From contig NW_003314274.1 in assembly GCF_000143415.4 (NCBI RefSeq), positions 1,688,851 to 1,752,850 on the forward strand: a stretch of 64,000 bases of DNA, read 5' to 3'. The notes beneath the pieces were generated by a model. The model worked only from the letters and a program-made list of their open reading frames with translations, did no database searches and was not told the DNA's origin. Position 1 is the first letter of the stretch. Each line of letters starts with the position of its first letter. This document shows positions 1-11,445 of this stretch, one piece after another. The position numbers and the translations under genes are program-made. The stretch comes from Selaginella moellendorffii. Lineage: Eukaryota > Plantae > Lycopodiophyta.

Positions 1-310
1 ATGAGATCTAGTAGGAAAGAGCTTTGTGATGCAAGCCGTGTTGAATCCATGCTCCGAGAGACCGATGGCCGCTCGCAACCCAGCCCCGCCGGCGCCGACG
101 ACGACGGCATCGTATGTGTGATCCACGATGGGGTACGCGGCGCCGGTAGCCTGATCAACCAAAATATTGCGAGATCGATCGAAATTTCCAGCTCAATCGA
201 TCGCATTCGACACTCACCGATGGCGCCCCATTGCTGAGGACTCGCGAAGCGCTGGAGTAGAGCCTCCGCTGGTGCTGCTCGCGGAGGGCGGCCCTCGCTA
301 GCCGCAGCAT
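1..310 (-). CDS. SDH1: Succinate dehydrogenase flavoprotein subunit, mitochondrial (5' part; continues beyond window start)
   Basis: Manual translation, not in the ORF track. Exon 1 310-218 encodes [31 protein letters not shown] (presequence-like). A 67-nt GT..AG intron spans 217-151. Exon 2 from 150 encodes [50 protein letters not shown], the canonical SdhA FAD-binding N-terminus. Confidence 0.97.
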
Positions 311-442
311 CGTCTTGCCACGGCTCCAAAGAACCCTAAAAAGACCTTTTTATGGAGATTAAAATCCACTGTGTGTGTAAAGTCCTTGTATCGTGGCGCG
401 AGGAAGGAGAAGGAGAAATATCGAGCTCTAGCTAGCCCTAAA
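311..442. promoter_or_regulatory. Putative bidirectional promoter between SDH1 and MSRB1
   Basis: Only 132 nt separate the divergent ATGs (310 on -, 443 on +). Telobox-like AACCCTAAA at ~332-340 and GCCCTAAAA just before the MSRB1 ATG. Confidence 0.6.
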
Positions 443-1346
443 ATGCGAAGCGTGGCGAGCCCTCGCATTGTTGGGTCGATTGGGGCGTTTGATCGCTGGA
501 ATTCAGCTGGAATCGCGGCGCAGAGGCCCGCATTTGTGGCCAGCGGCTGGAATAGGCGGCGAATCATGGGCGCCTCGCAGTCGTCGAGGGATTCATCCGG
601 CGGGCCTTCGGTCAGCGCAGGTAGAAATCTTTGATCACTTTTCCATGCGAGGAGTCGTGAGAAATCTCTTTCTCCAGAGGGAGCGGAATTTAAATCCGTG
701 AGCGACACGGAGTGGAAGGAAAAGCTCACGGACGAGCAGTTCTACGTCACGAGGCAAAAGGGGACCGAAAGAGCTTTCAGCGGGTAAGAAAGCATTTTTA
801 GAACATAGAACATAGAAACTCTGGCGAGAACGAGATCTATCTAAGCGATCATCCATCCGATCGAACAGGAAGTACTGGAACACCAAGACTGCTGGGATCT
901 ACGAGTGCATTTGCTGCGGAACACCACTCTTCAAGTAAGTTTCCTTGCTTGGATTTGTTTCCCTTTCTGCTCTTCTGGTTGCTTGCTTTGTTGGCTGTCA
1001 GTGGTTTCTTTTCAACTTTAGATCCATAGCTGAGTTTTCTCGAGTTTTGTTCTTCCAGCTCCATCACCAAATTCGACAGTGGCACGGGGTGGCCCTCGTA
1101 CTACGAGGCGATTGGAAACAATGTCAAGAGCGAGAGCGACTGGTCCATCCCGTTCATGCCTCGCACCGAAGTCAAGTGTTCCAAGTGTGATGCTCACTTG
1201 GGGCACGTCTTTGACGACGGCCCTCCTCCCACTGGAAAACGCTATTGCATCAACAGGTGACTTTCACTCCCAACTAAAAGAGCTTCCTTTTCTCATGTCT
1301 TTCGTGGTCGTGTTGCAGCGCTTCGCTCAACTTGAAACCGAGCTGA
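443..1346 (+). CDS. MSRB1: Peptide methionine-R-sulfoxide reductase B1, plastidial (5 exons)
   Basis: Spliced translation: transit peptide, then [25 protein letters not shown]|[21 protein letters not shown]|[15 protein letters not shown]...[32 protein letters not shown]|ASLNLKPS*. Two CxxC zinc motifs, GTGWPS (1-Cys type) and GT-AG introns. Confidence 0.96.
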
Positions 1347-1600
1347 TGGATATTATGTTCAATAGTAATAAAATATTTGAAGAATATTCTTTAAGTTTGA
1401 CTATAATACTATTGTCTAGCTTAAATTTGCAGATGTTTTGCAAAGCCTGTGTTTTGTGTTTGAGAACATTCTGTATTGAATTTTATTCATGATATTATAA
1501 TCTTAAACCTTTTCTTACTACATTTCTTTTTTACCTTTTTATTTTTTTCTGGTTGTTTCATTACAATTCTGGTGGCTGTTCCAACCAACTTCTCCTGTTA

Positions 1601-3159
1601 TCAAAAGCATCTCATTGCGGCAGTCGCAAGAAGTTCAGCCTTCGGATCACGTTCAGCAAGAGAAACCACCCGCACTATATTTGATTGACTGGGAAGCTTA
1701 TGAACAGCAAAAGTTCCCAGCAACAGAAGGCTGTCTCCGTCTGGAGTGAGTTGAATTCCAAACTCCGCTTGCTGCTGCGAAAATAATGTAAGCCAAATAG
1801 AAAGAAACACTGAACAAACGTTCAGAGAGTCTGCTCCAAAATTTTCGTAAGAATGCAGTGAAAAGGACTGTAGCAACGTTGCCTCCGATACCAAGTTGTT
1901 GTCAAGGGAAATACAGTTGTACACCGTGCTTCCCCAGAGGACCACAAGAGACGCAGATATCCACCTCCTGACTCCTTGCGTTGAGTGCCACGCAAAGAAC
2001 TGAAAGTTCGTGCTCAAACGCAGCGACGGGTTTTAGCATGTCCGAGCTAGTAAGCCGCTTGCTGATGGAACTAAAGCTAGTAAATACTCTCGACTGCTTG
2101 TCCAAATCGGTGGCTACGAGATCCTTTTGATCAGCTTCCGGCACTTTGGTCCACGTATCCGTAGTAGATACTTCTTGTTCGTTGATGGAACCAGACTTGT
2201 GGCCTGAAGCATTGTTGGAAGCATGCTTTTCCTGTTCGGTCGAAGTGTTTTCTCTTCGACTGTCCGCCACGTATGCTGGATTTCTAGATCAAGTAGCTCC
2301 ACATCTCCCAGAATCTGGCACGTTTCTAGCCTTTCAAGTGTATCCGAACCAGTGTACCGCTTGTTGTCCAAATTATGGAGTGATCATCCAAAGCATTGCC
2401 TGCGGCGATCGTCAAATTCTTGTCGACAGTCTCAAGTTGCTTTACCAAGAGCTGGCTGGGCTGCACCGTGACATGTTCAAGCTCATTCGGGCTAGTCAGC
2501 TTGTACGTCGATGAAACCAGCGCCTCTGTGAAAGGTATTGACTTCGGGTATAAAGCATTGTTGGGAACTTGTTCGGCCGAAGTGTTCCTTATCGCTGCGT
2601 CAAGTGACTTGACATGTCCATCCTGGAACTTTTCGTCAGCAGAAGGCTCCGCTGGTAGCCTTTCAAGAGTATCCGAGATAGTGTACCGCTTGTTCTCCGA
2701 ATCAGCACAATGGTCGTCCAAAGCATTGGCTGCTGTGATCGTCGAATCCTTTTGTACAGCCTCAAAGAGCTGGCTGGGCTGCGTCCTGACTTGTTCAAGC
2801 GCAAGCTTATTGACGATGACTATGGGTGACGAGGACTCGATTAAGTTTCCGCCAACACATTGTGTGTGCTCGTCGATATTCTTTGTTTGCTGAGATGTTT
2901 CGGCGTTGTCAACTTGGTTGATAGGCTCTTCAGCAATGGACTCCTCTCCAGCTTGACGCTCAACTGCGGTGGTAAGCTGCTTGTCGACGCTATGTCCAAG
3001 GGCAGTAGGTGCTTTTCGTTGGTTGTTAAAGATATTTGTTGTCATAGCCATCGTGTCACCTCCGTCGATCGGGTCTTTGGCTACAGAGGTCTCCAATGTG
3101 GTATTACCCATCCCAAAGCCTATAGGACTTTCCGCCACATCAACCATCGAGTAACTATC
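1601..3159 (-). pseudogene. Ser/Thr/Glu-rich, internally repeated coding region with frameshifts; probable C-terminal extension of the adjacent kinase
   Basis: Overlapping ORFs 3147-2326, 2371-2114, 2270-1902 and 2017-1601 lie in shifting frames. A repeat unit recurs (QPSQL...ALDDH...NKRYTxSDTLERL; NTSxEQ..NNA). Alignment of the two units shows a 1-nt deletion near 2375. Confidence 0.45.
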
Positions 3160-4090
3160 CTGCGAGAATTTTTTTCACGATCACATCCCCACCAGTGCTA
3201 GAAAACTTCCTTTTTACTCCGCAATGCCTCCTCCTGTGTGGCATTGCTGTTAAGATCTCCCCACTACCACAATGCTTGACGATCCAGGGATGTGCAAGCA
3301 CAGCATCTAGAGTCACCCTCTTGCTCTGCTCCACAGCTAGCATTCCCTGGATGAGATCCTCTGCTTCACATGATGCCAAATCACTCGGGAATGCTCCGGC
3401 TCTCAAAAAATCAAATTCGACTCTCGATCGATACCCACTCAGCAGCTCGTACGCAATGACTCCCAGCCCCCACACGTCCACGGCCGCCGTGTAACTCGCT
3501 CGTGGTCCTCGGGCTCCATCACTCTTCACCGCTACCACCTCGGGTGCCATGTACTTTGCTGTTCCACAATACTGCCGCATATCCCACTGCTTGTCCGTGG
3601 CCATGCCAAAATCTCCAATCACCACTTCGTCCACTGCAGTGGCGTTGAGCCTCTCAAAGATGTTGTGAGGCTTGAGATCGCGGTGGACGACCCCTCTCGA
3701 GTGCATCCACTTGAGTGTCTCTGCTAGCGTTTTAATAGTCTTGGCTGCTTCTTCCTCAGTCACTGCCCCTCCATGGATCAATCGCTCTGCCAAGCTAGGG
3801 CCGCAAAGCTCCATCACGATGGTCCCATAGCACCTCCCGCCCTCTCTCTCCCTCACAAAATCCTCAAAGGCGACGACTCCAGGGCAGACGCGAAGCTTAG
3901 ACATGAGCCGAGCTTCGTTCTCGCCATTCCTCATCGATTCAACCAATTTCCCCGCATACTTCTTGCCAGCCCTGCGACGAGCACTCAACAAATAGACCTG
4001 CCCTTCGCCGCCAGATCCCAGCTTCTCACCCCGCCTGTACAGCTTGAGGAGCTCACCACAGTCGTCCTCCCCAAACTCGCACGCCACCAT
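3155..4090 (-). CDS. Ser/Thr protein kinase (CAMK-like), intronless kinase domain
   Basis: GSGGEG loop, YAGK, NEARL, HRDLKPHN, DFG, GTAKYMAPE, DVWGLG and terminal HPW are all intact. Confidence 0.9.
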   Translation of the reverse strand: MVACEFGEDDCGELLKLYRRGEKLGSGGEGQVYLLSARRRAGKKYAGKLVESMRNGENEARLMSKLRVCPGVVAFEDFVREREGGRCYGTIVMELCGPSLAERLIHGGAVTEEEAAKTIKTLAETLKWMHSRGVVHRDLKPHNIFERLNATAVDEVVIGDFGMATDKQWDMRQYCGTAKYMAPEVVAVKSDGARGPRASYTAAVDVWGLGVIAYELLSGYRSRVEFDFLRAGAFPSDLASCEAEDLIQGMLAVEQSKRVTLDAVLAHPWIVKHCGSGEILTAMPHRRRHCGVKRKFSSTGGDVIVKKILAG

Positions 4091-4259
4091 CGCTCGCCAA
4101 TTTTTTGACCTAGCTTCTCGCTAACGGGTACAAATCGACGGCTGGAATCGCGTTTAATCGACGGTGACGATCTTGTGAAAGACGGAAGCCCTAACCTGAA
4201 TTTATTTCAAAACATTAGTCTGGATATACGCATGCATCCTGTGTTTTACACGCTCTGTT

Positions 4260-4535
4260 GTGCCGCAGTGGCTCCTGCCGGATCAACCGCCCTCAAAGCA
4301 CCACCAGCGCTATCAGAGCATTCACAAGGGACCAGCGGGATCACGACCATGTCTCCAATCAAAGGCCTGTACCTTGGCTCCGACTGGACGCATAGAACAG
4401 CAACAGAAGCGACCTAAAGAGGAAGAGGAAGCGCACTTACTTGGAAGAGTTGCTTCAAGTTGACAATATCCTTGATTGCAGCATCCACAATGAGGGTAAA
4501 CCTGGTGCGGTCGCTCAGTTTCGGTGTCCTCTTGA
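4260..4535 (-). pseudogene. C-terminal fragment of a receptor-like kinase (At1g80640-like subdomain XI and tail)
   Basis: TPKLSDRTRFTLIVDAAIKDIVNLKQLFQ|[29 protein letters not shown]...GGALR resembles the conserved [41 protein letters not shown].LR tail. The rest of the kinase domain is absent. Confidence 0.7.
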
Positions 4536-4809
4536 GCATGTCGATGACGGTACGCAAATCAAATGCCCCGGATACGAGCCCAGCAGCAACGACAAAATAT
4601 TTGAAGAGCGTCCACCACGAATTAGCCCGCTTTTCTGCCTTCCAGGCAGCCTTGCAATTCCTGGAGCACACACATTCTCACGTCTAACATGTCAAACAAA
4701 TTAAAGCTTCTTGCAATAGCAAACCTTGACACCGTCACAAAGAACAAACATCTTCGTCAGTGAGCAATGTGAGTTATTTTGCTTGTCGTAATGCCTGTAG
4801 GACCTTACC

Positions 4810-5497
4810 CGAATCAACAACAGTATACTTATGGCCAGGCCCCAGTGTGTCCGATTCTTTGAGCTGTATGGTATATCGATGTCAAAAAAAGTGAACCTGG
4901 TGTGAAAGAGGGCTGAGAAAAAACCGTAGACAACGCGTCAGAAAAGCAAACCTTCCGATGTTTACCTTTTATTAGAGAGCCATCTTTCCCGTAGATGCAG
5001 CAAGTATTGTAGAGATGATCGCCACGTCATTCCGCTATGGAGCCACCGATTATGGTAACCTCCTTACTCTTTGCCATGTCCGAAAGCATTTTGGAAGAGG
5101 GAGAATCGCCTGCATAGATTGGAAAGCTCGCGTTTGAGTATGGACAATTCCCCATTTCCTGTAAGACATTCTCCTTATGACTGAACAGAGAACTACAAAA
5201 CTTAACTAGAAGAAGGATCAGCTTGCTGCCGCCATCAGCAGCCGTCTGGATAGCTTCACGAGCATGCCTGATGTTCTGTTCCTTGTCTGCGTAAATCGAA
5301 AGATGACAAACGGCGAGCTTGAACTGCCAGAAAAACGAAAATAATGTGCAGATGGCACTAAAACTTCCACTCACCTTGCTCCTGCACGCGCGGTGGTCAC
5401 AACTCAAAACATCCCCGTTGGATCTCGTCCTGCAATCCAAGGAACCTCTTAAAACAAAACGAAGTGGCTATATAGCAACCACATTACCTGTGGCCAT
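4810..5497 (-). pseudogene. Omega-amidase (nitrilase superfamily, NIT2/NLP3-like) N-terminal fragment with premature stop
   Basis: FKLAVCHLSIYADKEQNIRHAREAIQTAADGGSKLILL|EMGNCPYSNASFPIYA..SPSSKMLS..IIGGSIAE*RGDHLYNTCCIYGKDG..KHRK|..ESDTLGPG..TVVD. In-frame TGA at 5029-5027, and the catalytic-Cys half was not found. Confidence 0.8.
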
Positions 5498-6911
5498 GGT
5501 AACCTTGCCACCTTGTCGGGAATCCCTACTCTATCCGAATTGCCGCTTCCATGTACAACAAAAGCACCACCACAACCAAGTAGCACTTTGCTCTCGTCTT
5601 AAGCCATCCCCGAGTTCAGTCCAGACGGTCGACCAAAACTGAGAATGGAGCATCTCAATCTGCTGATAACGTTTCTCCTCCAGAGGTTGACGTTGTGTTG
5701 GAGCAGGCCATGCTAGTCTCCCGGGAGCACGACGCTTGCACAAAGAAGGCGTCACATTCTAGCTGCTTGAAGCGTCCGATGGAGTTGGAGATCGAGTGAG
5801 AAGTGACACCGTCCAAGGCTACGTCCCGGACAGGGGCTTCCAGATCTTCATATCCGCATATCCGGAGGCTGCAGAAGTTCTCGCCTACCATGCGCTGGAG
5901 CTCAAGAACTTTTATGCTGGAGCCTTTGTCTGGTTTGACGTATGGTTTCACTAAGTTGCAGACCTGGTTACTGTCGCTTGGTAATCCGATTGGTACTGTC
6001 CTGGACAAAATCGTCGTTGGCATTGTCACGCTTCAAGCAGCATCACAACCATTTGAGAAACTTCTCTCAGCACCTGAAGTAGAGATCGTAGAAAAGTTGA
6101 AGACCGACAGCTTTTCCTTTTCTCTTTTAAGCCTAATCACCATACTCCAGCTATTCAAGCCAAATTACGTTGCTTACAACTTTCAACTCACTATTCATAC
6201 CACTCACCACTCATACTATGCCCACACTGTTTGTAGCTTGCCACTCATCTCGCTCATGCTGCTTACAATAGATAGATCGAAACTCATAGCTTGCATATAG
6301 TCATTGTAAACTTAGCATAAGGGATAATATAGAAGATGACATGTATCAAAAGGAATATTCTCACAAGACATTTAGTTTGCATTTGAGCTGTAGGACCTTT
6401 CAAGTGGTTCATAGCTTCACTAGTAAATTAGCTAAAAAAGAGAGAGAGAAGGTTTTGGATCCACCTAATGTGTGAGATTGTGGATGGCAAGAACACTGGG
6501 AATCTTTGTACAAAGAGTGAATCAAGATTGCCAAATGAAAACACATTCATGCAATGCTTGAGAAAATAGATTAAAAAACACTCATATACTAAAAAAATTT
6601 AGGACTTCATCCCCAGCATCACCTAGAATGCTGCAACACTTAATTGCATTGCAACCAATTAATCAATATGAAAGACCCAGCTTGTCTCTAATATCATTCA
6701 AGGGTATTTCTAATCAGTCACATATGCTGCATAATAATCTTTATAGTCAAGTATGATGGGAAGTTCATCCTGTTCTATAATCATATTAGACATATAAAGA
6801 AATGCATTAGTGTACATGAGTAACAATTATCTTCAATGTTTCTTGTTGAACTCTAACTTTTGATTAGGATCCATACTAATGTTTAAGGAAAAAATATCTA
6901 GAAATAAATAT

Positions 6912-7086
6912 TGTGAGTGCATGGAATATAAAAAGGGAATATAGAAATGTGCATATCAATTAGCCCAAAAACCCTAGCTTATATACATGAGCGAGTGATC
7001 CGGATTAAAACCAATCCGACGGCTACCAAAATCCCATTACGCTAATATTAGTATACGGCATTGTAGCCGTACACTTAGCCTTTACA
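6912..7086 (-). repeat. 3' LTR of element A
   Basis: TGTGAGTG...TTTACA, a direct repeat of 18458-18632, next to the polypurine tract AGAGGAGGGG on the - strand. Confidence 0.93.
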
Positions 7087-7256
7087 TCATCCCCTCCTCT
7101 CGGAATAATGAAAGACCATCAGGGTTCTCTTGTAGATGGGCCAGGATCTGGAGGAACATTAGGAGGAGGCAATGGCAAATCTATACATGGTATTAACCGC
7201 TCTTGATCCCTTTGTATGAAGCGCTGCACATGCACAATCGCTAAAGGATTGGCCTG

Positions 7257-10200
7257 CTAGATGTCATGCCGAACCTCATAAACTTGTGGTCCAACTTGCC
7301 GCAACACCCGATACGGTTCTTTCCACTGTGCAAGGAGCCCCTTAGATAAACCATGTGCCGTAAGATGGGGAAAACAGACTAACACAAAATCATCCACTTT
7401 GTACTCTGTAGGTGGATGATGATGGGAGTTGTAGAGCCATTGTTGTCCCACTTGTATGTGGCCTAAGTGTTCGGCAGACTCTGCTCGGACAAGTGGAAGA
7501 ATGCTTGTCAAATATTGATGACCTAGCCTCTGCAACTCGTGGCAATCGCGAAGGTAAACCCAGCTCCGTTGGTAATATTGGATCATAACCATATAGGAGT
7601 TTATATGGTGAAGCACCAATAGAACTCTACACCCCAGTGACATATGCATACCGAAAAGACGGCAAATAACCATCCCAATCTGAATGCTGAAAGTTCACAT
7701 ACTTCGCAATCATCCCCTTGAACGTCCGAACGAGCCGTTCCACTAGACCGTCTGATTGTGGATGATAAGCACTCGTGAAAGTGTGGCAAATCCCCAACCG
7801 AGACGTCAAAACATGAAATGCCTCAACCATAAATGCGGGACCATTATCTGAAAGAATTCGCTTTGGACAAGAATGCTGGAACACCACTCGATTGAGGAGG
7901 AATTATCCAACAGCAGTTGCAGAGGCGCTAGCAAAAGCACTAACTTCCACCTAACGAGTCAAATAGTTAGAAGCAATAATAATATACTCATTGCCAGCAG
8001 TCGACTGTGGAAAAGGTCTCATAAGATCAAATGCCACCAACTCAAACGGACAGGAAAACTGCAATTGACTCCAACCGTCCTTCCATAGCCCAAGGGGGAG
8101 TATTACGAGCTTGGCACCAAACGCAGCTATGCACATATCGGATAATATCACGTCGCATCTCCGGCCAATAAAAAGACCTGCGTAGCTTCTCAATTACACG
8201 ACAATGTCCCATATGCCCACCTAGAATAGGAGAATCATGGTAAGCATGAAGAAACTGTGGAATAAAGATAGAAGGCACCACCAGTCATAAATGATCATCA
8301 GGATCTGTCCCCACAAAATAAAGAAGGCCATCTTCAAAATGATATTGAGAATGTAAATGCCGGAAAGACAAGTCATCAGCAAGTGATGTAGAATTCTCAA
8401 ACCCATCTCGAAGCCTTCGAATCCAAGGCTCAATCTTTTAAGCCTCGTGAACTTCATCAAACAAAGGTAGATCTTGCTCTGCACCTTGTGGACACTAAAT
8501 GTCGGCCATCGGTACTTGCCAGTACCCAGAAGCAAGATCTAGCTTGGTGAACTAATGACTTCGCCCCAGATGATCCAAGAGATCAGCAGTGTGAGGAAGA
8601 GGGTACACATTCGGGATTGTTACGTCATTTAACGAACGATAGTCGATGCAAAAATGAATACTCCTATCAAGCTTCGTCACAAGATGAGGTTCACATGCCC
8701 AAGGACTCTGCGACTTCCGAATAACACCCTTCTCCAACATCTCCTTGACATTTGCATGTAAAATCTTGATCTCCTGTGGTGACCGACGACAAATAGGAAC
8801 CTTCATTGGACGAGCATCCCCAGTTGGAATCGGATGACGTGTGGCAATCTTGGCTCCAGACGATAGGTCAAAGTCAAAGAGATTAGAATATTCCTTCATA
8901 AGCCGATCAACTACTGCAACACAAAGATCGTCGGAGGGATCGGAAAAGGGAAGAGCAGAACAAGATGGAAACATAGGAGGAAATAGTGGGGAAACAAAAG
9001 TAATGGAAGCAGAGGTAGAAGTAGAGGGATGAAGAGGTATGGAAGTGAGAGGAATGGATGAAACATAAGGAAGTATGAGACAAGGGGGAGAAGCCTCAAA
9101 GTCACACTTGGCATGATTGCGTTGCAACCAATCCATACCAAGAATGAGGTCAAAAGCTTGACTCGGCACCACCCGCAACGACTACAACTCAAGCTCGAGA
9201 TCGCCCACACACACAACCAGGTCTGCCTCATCCCGTGCACATGCATGTATACGGCCGTTGCCATAAAGAATGAAAACTAGTTCCGCCGCACGACGCAAGT
9301 GTAGACGATAATGTGTGGTAACAGGTCGAGCAATAGAAGATAAACTCGAACCTGTATCAACCAACACAGAGAGAATAATAGGAGACTTCTTGTTATAAAG
9401 ACGACCTTGGAAAGTAAACACTGGATGAACTGGTGCCGAGTGAACCCCTTCATGATACTCCCGAAAGAAATATGGAGGGGTCACTGACTTATTCGCGCAA
9501 GATCCCTCTGTTACTCATGCGACTCCTCGTTTCCCGAATGCATCTCAGTGTCCAAACCTTCCATTGCAACAGCACCAACGGGACATTGCTGATGCCAAGG
9601 TCTCCACCAGGAAATGGAGGTCGCCAGTCCGGAAAATGCCGACAACGCCGATAAGTATGACCAACTTCATCACATGCCCAGCAACGAACATCACGGCCAT
9701 GACCATGTCCTCACCCTTGACCTTGGACTCGAGCAGCAACAACATCAACCTCCATTGGAACAAGACCATCACCCACAGGAAGTGGAGCTGAAAGACGTGC
9801 AACGAGAAGTGGAAGAGGTGACGTTTCATAACGTTGTGCCAAGTGAAGAGCATCGTCAAGGGTGGCAGGAGCAAGTGCATGCACAAGTCCGACAAGATCT
9901 TGACGAAGTGCTAGCCACAACATTCCTAGCTTGATCCGCTCCGACATATGTGGCTCCGCACGAAGCAAAAGACTTCGGAAACAAACACCAAATTGCATCA
10001 CTGACTCAGATGGCCCTTGGCGAAAACGATGCAATTGTTGGAAAACATCATCACAGTCATTTGCATGTCCGAAGGCGCGTTTGAAGACATCCGGAAGAAC
10101 ACTCCAATCCCCGCAAGTGGCTGCTCCCAAACCATTGTACCATTGCAATGCCGTCCCTTGGAGACACATGGGAAACTCACGCAAACGTCAAGCATCATCC

Positions 10201-10299
10201 CAAGAATGATATGTGGCAATCACCGTAAAGTGATCGAACCAATGGTACACATCATCCCCAGGATTCCTGCGAATGAACTCCGGCCGAACGATAGGATTG
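7257..10299 (-). pseudogene. Degenerate gag-protease-RT(truncated)-integrase of element A
   Basis: gag (LQGTALQWY..FRQGPSESV), protease (LVDTGSS; FDLILGMDWL), RT N-terminus (EMLEKGVIRKSQSPWA..FCIDYRSLN..YPLP), integrase (HDSPILGGHMG..C-W-CQ; ILSDNGPAF; YHPQSDGLVER; WKEPYRV). Stops and frameshifts throughout. Confidence 0.92.
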
Positions 10300-11445
10300 T
10301 GTAGCGCACGTGGTTTTGACCCTTTATCCTATGGTGATTTACCATAGGATAACACCATGAAGCAGAACCTAAACCCTCTTTGTGCCACGTGATAGATGCC
10401 ACATGTCACATGCCACGTGTCCATGCCACGTGTCCATAGGAACCCGAGGTTCAGGGCCTTGGGCCACTGAACGAAGGAATAATGCCAAACTCCCAAGCAT
10501 GGAGCCAAGGAGTGATGGAACCGGACCACAAAGCAACTCCCGAGCATTTAGCCCAAGGAGCGAAGGGACAGGAGCCCGAAGCGACATGGAACAGTCCTAA
10601 AGCAACCAGCATCCTAATGCCAGGACCAGCACGCAAAACGAAGCCAAACGGAGTCTGGCACTATTTTTGCATACCGGTGGCCTAACGTGAGGATATGGGT
10701 ACTCCACCAGTTAGCATGGAATGGAACTTGGGCTTAGACCCAAGCCGGATGCAGAACAAGGACAGGCACGCAAGCGAGAGCTAGACTATGCCTCAGGTTG
10801 GTCGGCCATGCCCGACCTACCCACTATCCCTACTATACATTTGGAACCCCCCACAGCCCCCCCTCCCTTGAGGAACACACGCTTTGGGCTTTCACCCCAA
10901 GCCTCCCTTAGTATTAGGAGTTAGTCTCTGGGACAAGCTCAAAACTTGCTAAATATGGAATGGCGCTAAAATGCGAATTTGGACACGGGACAAACACCAT
11001 TGTGTTCAAGCCGATCTCTACATTCCGTAAATATGCCAAATGAGCAAATCTAGACACTTTCCATAAATAGCATTTAGGACCGAAATGAGACTAACACAAA
11101 GGGCATGATAGCGAGGGTGTTTGGCAAACACGGTAAGCTATCATCCAACGACATTGAGGGACCAATCTCAATACGCGAGGGTTCTTGTTACTAGCAAGTG
11201 CAAGACAAAACGAGACGGGAACTCCTTACCGGTTAAGTATGCTTAGCTAATAATACGTAGGAATTCCATCCTTATGCTCGTCCGGTCTAAGTACACTCGA
11301 AATGCCCAGTTAACTCCACTAACACAAGAGGGACTGATAAAGGGTCCAGCAATACCGACCTCCTGCCGTCGTGGCAGTAAGGTAAGAGTGTCCGTAAGGA
11401 CTATCCGACAGGTAACTTTCGATACCTGAAGTCACATTCGCGACA
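10300..11445 (-). repeat. 3' LTR of element B
   Basis: Near-identical direct repeat of 16915-18076 with TG..CA ends. Confidence 0.93.

Noticed and set aside
1-237. 78-aa + strand ORF at the window start
   Set aside because: Antisense shadow of SDH1 exons 1-2 on the - strand.
10329-10924. Short ORFs duplicated at 16944-17554
   Set aside because: They recur only because they lie in the two LTRs of element B.
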